Positions 12,090 through 27,800 of a stretch of DNA of 64,000 bases are shown here, piece by piece; position 1 is the first letter of the stretch, and every line of letters starts with the position of its first letter. Source of the stretch: Adineta vaga. Taxonomy: Eukaryota; Animalia; Rotifera. The stretch covers positions 13,020,001-13,084,000 of the forward strand of contig CP075495.1 in NCBI GenBank assembly GCA_021613535.1, in the 5' to 3' direction. Under the pieces are notes generated by a model, which did not search any database, was not told where the DNA came from, and saw only the letters and a program-made list of their open reading frames with translations. A program made the translations under genes and the position numbers.

Positions 12090-13589
12090 TTCTGATTGAT
12101 CTATAAGAGGGCAAAAACAAAACTCAAATGTTTTTTGAAAATAGTTGTTTTTTTTTTATATATCGAAATGTTATGCAAAGAAAACGTTATCATAAGGGTA
12201 GATACACAATGATGATGATGACTGACGTGTAGTACAAGAAGAATGATAAAAAACGCCTATTCAAACGCTTAAATATATATGATTGGTAATTTCACACTGA
12301 TAATATACTCTGTTGAAATTTTCCTCTTCCTTTTCTCTTGATTGAGATTTAAGTTGGTTTTATTCTATGAAAAAAAGAATGAGTCAGTCAATTGAATATT
12401 TTTCGTAATGATGACGACTATCATAACTAATCGTACAAATTTTTATCAATTGATTCATATCCTATATATGATTTGCAGACGACTATAGTTTCGTGAATAA
12501 TCGGATTTTTAATAGATATAAGTATTTTTCATCGACATAGATGTCCTCAGAATATGAAAAACCGTTGTTTCTATCGCATATGTCATCATATAGAAAGGAA
12601 TCAAACTGAAATTTTCTTATTCAATTATCTAACGAGGAAACCTTCCCTCGTAAGACATAAATACATCGACTTTTTTTGTTGTGATTCCGGAAATGTTGTG
12701 CTTGTCGTTGCATCTAAGACAGTTCATAAGTCATGATTTTGTTTACGCGACGTGTTCATCGACATGCAGCTACTAAATCATTACTAACTTGACTGACTTC
12801 ATAGAATTGATTGGAATGCATCAATTCAAAATTCATCGCTATGCAAAAACCACCTTATTATTAAATATATCTAGACTGAATGTATAGCATAGTACAAATA
12901 TTTGTTCTTTTCCATCATTCCATGCAATTGTTGTGAAATGACCATAAACAAGAACCATTACTGAATAAAGTTTGTGGAATCGATGGTGTCAATTGTCTAC
13001 AATATGGACGGAATTTATTTTTAAGGAAGAAAGTCTATTTACATTGTATCATATTTTCTTACTCGGAAGACAAAATTTCGTAAGATGGTAAACAAATAAC
13101 ATATTCGATGTTGATTTAACTGGAATGTTGGAAGTTTCGAGAGAAAAAAGTACAGGGAACTCGTATTTGATTTGTGTAATGGTAATGCGCAAAAGAATAA
13201 AAAAGTTTTTTTTCTTTCTCAGAAGTTGATTCACAGGTAATAAAAGTACTTACTTTCGTATTTTGAATACGACGGCAATGATTAGAACGTATTATTCTTG
13301 TTTAACAACTAGTGAGAATCAAGTTTAGTAATTTATCTCAACGAAATGTATTCTCTTGGTTCATAGGTAATACAATGACGTATAAGAAAGTATACTTTTT
13401 CTTTTCTTTCAAACAATCTATCAGATCGAATTGAATTAAATGTATAAAATACGAAAGATTTCGTTAAGATACATACCGATTTTGAAGAATATGCATCATT
13501 TTATTGAATTAATATAAAAAACAGTGTTGGAGGAAAAATTTAATTTTTGTTTACTTTATAAAGGATGTAAAATGAAGGTATGTATCCGT

Positions 13590-14090
13590 TCATGAAATTA
13601 TACAGTCTGCTTCTTGTATAGCTCGCATAACAAGTCGATTACGATTGAATCGATCTTGTAAACGTCTCATTGGATAGAAATAGTTTGTTCGCATCCATGA
13701 CATTTTATATGTCATGATACTGGTTACTCGACGTGTTCGACCAGCAATAAGAACTGAACCCACTACACCCAAACGATTTTGTACTTGACTTAATTCAAAG
13801 AAATTATTTCCCGATGAACCACACATAGCATCACTTTCGAAAAAGACTTTATCAGCAAACTCATCTGGACTTAATAACAAACAAAGTTTATAAACGATTT
13901 CATCTTCCGCATCAGACAAAGCCCAATAATTTTGATATTTCGTATAACGAAGAATATTGGCATCATTACAATCAATCACTGAGCATACACATTTCAGATA
14001 ATACATACATCTTGCTACGTCATTATCTGGAACACTTGCTGTGGTACCTGTTTCACGAATTCCATAATTACTTTGTTGATAAACTGCCAT
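13590..14090 (-). CDS. Intronless 166-aa protein with a C-terminal CaaX box (CIIS)
   Basis: Clean ATG-to-stop ORF with globular composition; TATA-like tatataaat about 70 bp upstream. Confidence 0.8.
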   Translation of the reverse strand: MAVYQQSNYGIRETGTTASVPDNDVARCMYYLKCVCSVIDCNDANILRYTKYQNYWALSDAEDEIVYKLCLLLSPDEFADKVFFESDAMCGSSGNNFFELSQVQNRLGVVGSVLIAGRTRRVTSIMTYKMSWMRTNYFYPMRRLQDRFNRNRLVMRAIQEADCIIS

Positions 14091-14830
14091 TTGTTTGAAC
14101 TAATATTTGTTTTTCGAAGGAATAAATTAGAACAAAAAGAGTTGAAAAATGATGTTATTTATATAAGATCATTTCCACTTGAACTCACGTAAATTAGGAA
14201 ACAACCAAGTCGCATCAACGCATGAGATTCTTGATCAATGAGTAATGTTCCTTTTCAAATATATTTTCGTAGAATTTTTATCTTTCACAATATGACATTT
14301 TTTTTCCAAGATACTTTAGGATAATTATAACTTTTTATGACCTATTTGCTTTATTTACATTCGATAAGAATTTCACGTGCCATCAAACAATGAAACACTT
14401 CAGTTTATTTTCAATGTCGGTAGATTCCAACTTCGATAGAAATCAGTAGGTAATGGTCTACTAGCGAATTGTATCACATATGAAAGTATTTTGATCGACA
14501 GCATATTTTATTCCTCAAAGAATCGAATCAACGTCATCAAAATGATAATGATTGACTTATGGAAATGTTTTATTTAGCATGCAATTGATTTTATAGTTAT
14601 CAATATTCTAATTTTAATCAATATACCATATAACGTAAAACATATCTACAATCTCATTCTCAAACAATCCTTTACTTACATGAGCTATTTTGATACAACT
14701 ACAGTGTAGTAACCCATCTATGATTGTTTCTTTACTATTCGTTGTTTCTTCAGTCAATAGAAAGAATCTATTCTTATTAGACTAAACATCTCTTATCATT
14801 TTTTGAAAACGAAGTGATTTTCATCACAAA

Positions 14831-15720
14831 ATGAGATGGAAATTCAATCGATGCATCATCATTATTCTCATTTCCATCATATGCATACATTCAGATGAAC
14901 TGAGTACTCTCAATGAACAATTTATAACTACATATGTTCGAGCTCGTGATCATCTTGTTTCACTCATAAGTCCATTAATTATTTGCAATGGTGATAATAT
15001 CATTTTAAACTATCGTGGTCAACGATTCGAAGAACAAGTTATACCAAAATTATATCATGATTTGAAAACAATCTCACATATACCATTTAAAATCTATCTA
15101 ACACTTATGTTTAATACTGGAAATATATCAGAAAATAATTCAATTGAACTACAACGTTATTTAGAAAGTATTCATCGTATTAGAAAATCTCTTCATTTTT
15201 CAAATGATAGTCTACAAAATCAATATGATATTATTGATCTTTCGATAAAATATTTAGAAGGAATTTTATCTACAAAATTTGTGCATGAAAATCAATTGAG
15301 AAAATTTTGTCAACAAGCACAACATTTATTTTTATCGAATATTGAATTAGCTGCACAGTTACATCTTGATTTACTTGATGAAAAAGTTCGAGTATGGTAT
15401 TATGATCGATTTAATCAAACAGAACGTGATGAATTGAAAGTTGTTATTATGGGACCAAAAACAGCACGACATGGTTTTCTCGAGAAAACATATTTTTATC
15501 ATTTAATTGGAGAAAAAAAGGAAGGAAAACGTATTATTTATGTTGAAAATGCTGATACAGAAGAGAAAGCTTTGGAAGTGTTAGGTGTATGGTTATTAGA
15601 TGCAGAAGCTGGTGCAACATTTTTTGATGGTGATACTGAACGTTTACATCAGACTTACTTGGTGATGCAACCCAAAGATACATCAAGCGATTGTTTAAAA
15701 AATCAAAAGAAGATTTATAA
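14831..15720 (+). CDS. Intronless secreted protein of bacterial-like appearance; apparent 1-bp frameshift at ~15651
   Basis: Signal peptide; motifs YHDLKTISHIP, VVIMGPKTAR, EGKRIIYVE, FFDGDTERLH. A shifted frame continues DLLGDATQRYIKRLFKKSKEDL* to 15720. Confidence 0.7.
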
Positions 15721-16230
15721 ACGAAATATTTTGATGAAAGAGAACCTGGTTTTTCTTTGTTTGAAAATTGTAATCTATTTTTGTTTTCGATATAATTCAA
15801 CAAATATTTTATTTATACGATCAAAATACATTTGTAGATCAGTACATATCTATTTATCTTATAGCAATCATCAATCTATTATTAACAATCAGTAATCAGA
15901 GAGATATTAAATCTTATGAATAATCTAACGAATGTAATAATAGTACATTTTTTTAATGAAGTTTCTCATTTGTACTCGTCGAAACGATATCTGATTACTA
16001 ATAATGTAACGGTTGTGCATGAGTAATTTATATGACGCATGTTGTCATTATTCAAGATGCTCTCCGAGGACAGTTTTTCAACTATAAAAGAGGATTTTTC
16101 AACATCAAAATTTTCATATACAAATCCAACGCTATTTTATACACTATCATTTAGTAGAAGGTATGTAAGATTCTATATATATATGAAAAAGTAACTGTTA
16201 CTCTGTTTTCTCTTAGCTCAAATATAAAAA

Positions 16231-16455
16231 ATGGGTCGCAGTAGTGGCAACTTTTTCGGTGGTGGTCGACGACGAGGTGGTGGTGGCTGGGGCGGAAATT
16301 TCGGTAGCCCATACGGTTATTATGGTGGAATGGGTCCACGAGGGTATGGTCCATACGGAGGAATGGGACCAGGCCGTTTTGGTGGTTATGGACCAGGCTA
16401 TCCAATGGGTGGTGGATATGGCTATCCATACGGAGGATATGGTCGACGTTGGTAA
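16231..16455 (+). CDS. 74-aa Gly/Tyr/Pro-rich peptide
   Basis: GC-rich ORF with GGMGP/GYGP repeats; TATAAAAG at ~16084 and a 5'-UTR intron (AG|gtatgt ~16161 to ttag ~16216). Confidence 0.85.
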   Translation: MGRSSGNFFGGGRRRGGGGWGGNFGSPYGYYGGMGPRGYGPYGGMGPGRFGGYGPGYPMGGGYGYPYGGYGRRW

Positions 16456-16612
16456 AACAATTTTCTATTGATTTTTGTAAAATATGTCAATTATATTCCT
16501 CTAAATAATCTAATAAAATAAATTTCGATCAAATTGTTAGTTTTGTTTTTTCCAAATGAGTGAACAAAAGAATTTCTTATTCAAAGAAAACACAGAAAAA
16601 AACCGTTTTTAT

Positions 16613-17850
16613 TTATTTATTTTTCTTTCTACGCATTCGAATAGCTTTCTCGTGTTGCAAACGTTCGTAGTCTTCACTATTTGGATCATTCAAAACACCA
16701 TCTTCAATAAAGTCTTGTTCATTCCAAACAGTTTGATGAGCACGTAATTTCGATCGTCGAGCTAATCGTTTTGGTATATGATATTGTTCAAAATCATGTC
16801 GTTTTTTATAGTCCTCCATAACACGTTCTTCTTCATTACGTAAATGTGGAAATTTTTGTATAACATTAGCAACTATTTTTCGAATACGATTCGTTTCTTG
16901 ATGTTCTTGATGTTCTTGATATTCATTATAACGTCGTTTGAAAATATTCGTCCAAGGCTACAACAAACATCATAATTAGATAATGATTTGAGAAAGTAAA
17001 TCTTTGAAATACATACTGCTGCTTTACGTTTACCCCATAGTAGTTGATAATAACGATTTTTATAGAAAGGTAATATACGTTCCTTTGGTTGATAATATCG
17101 TAGAAGACCAAAACTTGTTTCACTGGAAGAGACAAAGAAATGAGCAAATAATTAGTAGAATTCATAATTGGAATTATTCAAACCGTATTTCAGGAGTTTG
17201 TTCATCGGTTGTACCAGTTTCTAACAGATTATAGGCAACGTCACGTTCTCGAACAACCGTCATTATATTACGCATACTTTCTTCAACCTAAATTCAGTTT
17301 TATGATACCATGCAAAGATTCAAAAATGGATTTTTTACTTTATCAATACGTTCTGGACTAGGGAATAGTTCGTATTGATAACGATATTCTTCTTCCATAG
17401 TTAATAAACGATTTCGTTCTTTCAGAAGTACATACCTAATCGACAGAAAAGCATTAGATCTTCTTCTTCTCCTTTTTTCATTAACTTCTTACCATAATTT
17501 ATGTAAATCTTCATTACTTTTTAAACGTAGTTCATCCACATGCCACCAACGACCTATTCAAAGTAAATTTCAGTTAGTTTTCCTTGATGACTAAGATCAA
17601 AATTATCAACAACATTACCATGAATAATCTTTGTTTCATATAAATTGTCCGTTGTATCAAAAAATTCCATGAGATTACTTTTTTTCGTTGGTGTTACTTT
17701 CGTACTAACATCAGCTGATGGTTCGTCTTTCGGTGGAACATCCGTTGTTTGACAACGAATCTGTCTTAGATTTCCTACCCATCCTCTCACAGGAATAAAT
17801 GCATATTTCTGTGAATGAATTGTCCAGTTGATTAATTTCAATAGATTCAT
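16613..17850 (-). CDS. MRPL47: Mitochondrial ribosomal protein L47 (uL29m); multi-exon
   Basis: LMEFFD...[35 protein letters not shown]...[17 protein letters not shown]. Confidence 0.93.
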
Positions 17851-18074
17851 TTCATCTAAAAACATATTATTCTTTATTTAAAAAAAGAATTGATAATGTA
17901 ACAATAACAACAACAACTGTACATGATACAAAGATTGAATGAACAGCAAAAAGACTTATTCTAACAATGTAACATGGAAAACAACAAACAGAATTGAATC
18001 GTAATTTGAAATTTATATTGTTGAAAGAAAACAAAAACAGGTGAAATATTTAAAATTGAAATTTCTTTTTTATC

Positions 18075-22458
<4,384 letters not shown>

Positions 22459-24805
22459 AACGACCGTTGATTACACGCAACGAAGTGAAAGACGTCGTTG
22501 GTTATCAGTATGTTGTTGAACTGCAATGAATAAAGAATATTTTTATAGTAAACATGACAGATACTTTCAATTGATTTCCTAATCATCCTCTGAAACATCA
22601 AAAATCATCTCTCCATTCAAACTTCAAACATACTGTATTAATTAGACACGTGTCTATCATTGACTCATAACAATTGTTAACTAGTTTGGATTTTCATTAC
22701 ATTTAATTTCAAATTAATCATATAAAATTTATTCTCCTCTCATTGCAGGATTAATACAAAGTAAAAACAAGTGCGAAGTTTGATACTGTATGAAGCATAA
22801 TTTACACGAACACAGAGGGGAGAAAACAAACTAAATCTTACTATGTTCTCAATTCGACTGTAATGTGACGGTATCAGACAGAATTGAACAAGATAATAGA
22901 CAAGCAAAAATATGTATTTTGATAAGAGTTAACACAAGGTCGAATCGTATATCTAATGTAGAAAGACGATCAAAACAAGCGAAACAATGTACGTTGAAAA
23001 GCGAAGAGAACAAAAGAGAAGGAGATTGCAAAAAAAACGTGCGCGTATGTTGTAGCTGAAAAGAGATGAGTAAAAATCATTTGTCACTCGTTCATATGCA
23101 TAGATATAGACACCCGTATATGTGTATTTGTATCGCACGAATGACCTCGTCTAAACCATCTATTGTATATGTTAGTATCAAATTAGAAGAGAAAAGGATT
23201 TACATTATCATGATTATATATATACGAGCATATTGTTTGTCGTCTTACTTTTTATTTTAAAAATATATACTAAATTGATACAAAACTGAAAAATTACGAA
23301 TATGGAATCGATCGAAAGATTATAATTGTTAACTATTCAAATAACTACGTACTTTTCCATGAATTGATTTCACCTGAACATATATGATGGTATTGAATAC
23401 TATTCATAATTCAAAAGACTTCTAGTGGTATCAACACATCACATAATCTTGCTTAAATATATATGTATATGCATGCATACATACATACATACATACATAT
23501 ATGATGATGGTATCTAATGGCTGCTATTCAGTAACCAATAAGAAGTTTTCTTGTTCGGCACACCAATAAAAATCAACATGGATACCTCTGTAAATGTAAG
23601 ATATATACATACTGAATAGGTCAAGGTTAGTTAATCGAGATATATTCTTCAAACTCAAGCTTTTTCTCTTTGATATAACATATCGTTTGAAATTGTTTCA
23701 TTTTATATCATCAATATATCAACAATTGAGTTCCTAACTAGGCCACTATTTCTTTCTTAGTTAATAAAGAATTTAATCAACGAAATGATGAATAGATTGA
23801 TAGAATTTAGCTTTTTTAATCTATAAAGATTTCACCAAAAGATAAATAAATTTGACAAATCTATATAGTCAGTATATATGAGTTATCATCCTGTTATTTA
23901 TATTTGATGAACTTTGACAAAATTCTTCTGTTCGAACTATAGGTTTTAGAATGAATTTAGGTGTTGTAACACTCGCAGTTAGTACCTGAATGTTGTTTAA
24001 TCGATGTCTATTATTAGTTAATAGTACATTTAAATATAACCATGAATTTACTATACGATCCCTTCGAATACAGATCGTATATTACCAAAAATAGTTTTCA
24101 TTTCAGTGAGATTATTAATTTTCTATAAATAATAACTTGCTCGAAGGTCTACAGTATATCACGGATGAATAGATAGTTAATTCATCTACGATAAACAGAA
24201 GTCTAATAACAAAAAGAATGTTTGAACTTTAAACCGCACAAGAACAAGATTATTGGAACATTAAACGAAGCTTTTTTCAAATGTCTATCTCAATACTACT
24301 ATCTGACCAATAGGATTGCTATAATATTCATAAATATGTGTATCTCATCGATATCTGCTAATCCGTTCGTAAATGAAAGATGCTTTTCAGCATGTTGATG
24401 ATTATAACCATAGATATCTTTCCACTTAGGATACATCCAAGTAGATCAACGATCTACTATTATGCGATAACTTTCAAAACAAACAATAGTTTTCCTTTTA
24501 TTGGTTTCCAGTTTACTTTATTTTTCATATTTCCACAAATAAAATGTACATAGTATTGAAGCGACGAACAAAAACCAACGAAAATACAAAAACAAAACAG
24601 AAAAAAAAAGATTTCCATAGAAGACTTCTTCACTGTCTCATAAATAGCATACGGAACGAAAAGAAAATTCATTTAAATTTGTTAAAAGGGATAGAAAGAC
24701 ATTAAAGATAAGTTCAAATCAACAGGAATGCATGTATGAATTTTGCACCGAGTTTATGTCAATAAAGAATATAAGTATATCAAATAGAAAAGCAAATGAA
24801 TTATG

Positions 24806-27800
24806 TCATGATACTTCAGCATTAAAACGTCGATGAATAGATACGGGAGTTTTTGGTACACCGAAATGTATCGATAAACCAAGTAAATCATCTTGATGTG
24901 TCCGAATTAAACATGGTTCAGATTGTGAACGTTGTAAACGTGGAAATACGCATTCAAATTTGGAAAGCGTATCATCAATCTAAATTGACAAAGAATTTAT
25001 AGAGATCAACAAAAAAAGAAAAACGAATCATACATCTGGAGCGAAATTCGGTCGTTTTTCTGGATCAAATTCTGTACATAGTCGTATAAGATTAGTTATT
25101 GCTGTTGGTGTATCATCACGACATTGTTCAACTTTTAGTTTCAATCGACCTTTCCCTACTAGCCACATAATCTGATTCAAATGGAGTAGAAATATATATT
25201 TTATAATAAAAACTCTTAAGATCCCCTAACCTGTTCTTTATTGCTTAATGGTGTATGTGGTAATTTTCCACTAAACATTTCAAATAGTACACATCCATAT
25301 GCGTATACATCAGCACTAGTTGAATAACAATTCGGATCTTTTTGTTGAATAACTTCAGGTGCCTAAAATGAGAGAGATAGACAAGAAGAAATACACACAC
25401 ACACAATATGATTTTACCATCCAAAGAACTGAACCAGTCGGTTGAAATTGTTGATTAACACCTTCAGCTAGAACAGTTTTAACCGCTGCTAAACCGAAAT
25501 CACCAATTTTTACGCGCCAAGATACTCCAACTTCTTCCGTTTCTGCACACATATCCAAAAAGACATTACTTGATTTAAGATCACGATGAATTATTCCACG
25601 ATCATGTAAATATCTATGAAAATCATTGATATTTTAATATTCAAGTATTTGAGCATATTTTCTTCAAAACTTACGACATTCCTTGACATAATTGCCGTGC
25701 TATATCAATTAATTGATTAATTTTCCAATGTCGATCAATTATATGAATATGTTTATAAAGTGTTGATCCCTAAGTGAATATGTTTCATGAATTTGAATTT
25801 AATCTACAATCAATTTAATATTTACCTCACACCATTGTGTAACAATGGCAAAACGAGGTGAAAGCATATATCCTAAGAAATTCAAGGTATTTTGATGAGT
25901 GATTTTTCTAAAAATAAACAAACAAAAGAAATATGTTTCTCTTTTCGTCAATATTTAATGAAATCTACTTGAGAGCTATCACTTCATTTCGAAATGCTTG
26001 ATATTGACTCGGTGTTGGTGATATGAAATTTAATTCTTTAAGTGCTACTAAACCTAAACAATAAACAAAAATTTGCTTATTAATTCAACGGAAAACAACA
26101 GAAAAATCTTTTTTAGTTATTCTTACCATGTAATCGGAATTCCGCTTTGTATACACTACCATAAGTACCACGACCCACCATACGACCACGATTGAACAAA
26201 TCTTCAGGTCGAATTTCCCATTCGCTTAGTTTCTATTATAGGAAAAAAAGATTATTATTTACTTTTTCTTTCTGAACAAAAAATCAAAGGAAATTTACAT
26301 GTGAAGATTTTTTAGTATCAGTAGTTCCATCACTCGATGGTCTCGTCATACTGGGTCGAAGTGTTTCTGGACTAGTAATAATTGATCCATTGACAGCTAG
26401 AAATAAATTGATTAGTTTAAGAAGAGATTTTCAAAGAAAACCCTATGTAAGGAAAAAAAGAAGCGAAACTATAAACGAATGTGAAGCGTATGATAATGTG
26501 TAAAGATGATTCAGAAATATCTTACTCAATATTAATGGAGACATGCGATGAATACGCAATGGTAATGATGATGATTGTTGAAAGTGTGAATTTGATGATA
26601 CAGATGAAATACTTTGTAAATCCTGACTAATGTCTTTTTGTGGATCTGTCAAGTAAATATTTAAAATAATCTGATTCATATATTTGTGACATATATGTTT
26701 TTTTATATTTATATGCGAGGCAGGAAAAAACGAATAAATAAATAAATAAATAAATAAATAAAGAATCTATAATATCCCTCAATTGATACCCGAAAAAAAC
26801 CCAGATCGAAGCTAACGAAATATTATCTGATCTACCTACGCCACATACACAAGAACAACCAATGAGACGATTAAAAATAGAATATAGACACACAAAGAGA
26901 AGAGAACATTCAATAGAAGATGAAATTTTCTAGCTTACCAACTGCATGATTTGAATTTAGATCTGGTCTCTATAAAGATAAATCGAAGAATTTCATAAAA
27001 TTTCAATGAAATAATTTCGACATACTGGTAATGGAATCCGTGGTAAACTACGTGATTGTTCCTTATTTCTTGTTTGTGTTATTGTTCGTTCGACATCCAA
27101 TCGATTTGGAATACGATGTTGAATATGACTAGATAGATGAAAACACAAACTTTTGTTTTTTTTTCTTTCTTTCTTTTCAAAAAATCTTCTCTTTTTCTTT
27201 TCTACATAGAATAGTAGACAACACATACTCAATGATCGGTTGAGAACACACCGGTGCTTTGCTACGACAATGATTATGATAATTATTTTTACATAGAATA
27301 CACTGTATATGAGTTTCACGAATACGATGATGACAAACAGCACAACGAACACGAAACATAGTAAAACGAGATGTTGATATCGTTTCCTAGATAGATACAA
27401 CATAGACAAACATTGAAAGCATACGATACGAAAAGCAACATAGTTTGATAACAAAAAAGAATAAGTACCTAAAAAAGATATCTCTCGGTTCAAAACGACA
27501 TATACGAGATTTACGAATGCATCGAGCATGTATACGATGACCGCATACAAGACATCGAAGTCCTTGAAATAACAGTTTATGACATGCGTCACAATAAGTT
27601 AATACAAAAAATGTTTTTCGAATCTAGGAAAAATAAGAGGTATGTTGCCGGTATATTGTTCTTTGTTTTTTTTCTCAGTTGAATCAAATTGATTACATAA
27701 TCAATTATTTACTTACAAATGAATGGTCAAGTTTCGTTTTTTCCTCAAGTTCAATTTCAGTTTCACGTACACGATCAAGTGTTATATCCCATGGACATGG

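Noticed and set aside
12900-13140. Possible small spliced gene or pseudogene fragment on the minus strand
   Set aside because: Candidate splice joins give immediate stops and no recognisable motif.
15721-15895. C-terminal part of the 354-aa ORF
   Set aside because: AT-rich, UTR-like sequence that probably results from the frameshift at ~15651.
26993-27592. 199-aa hydrophobic ORF that looks like a membrane protein
   Set aside because: It is mostly an off-frame read through the Raf C1 exons and introns; only its last part is the true Raf frame.
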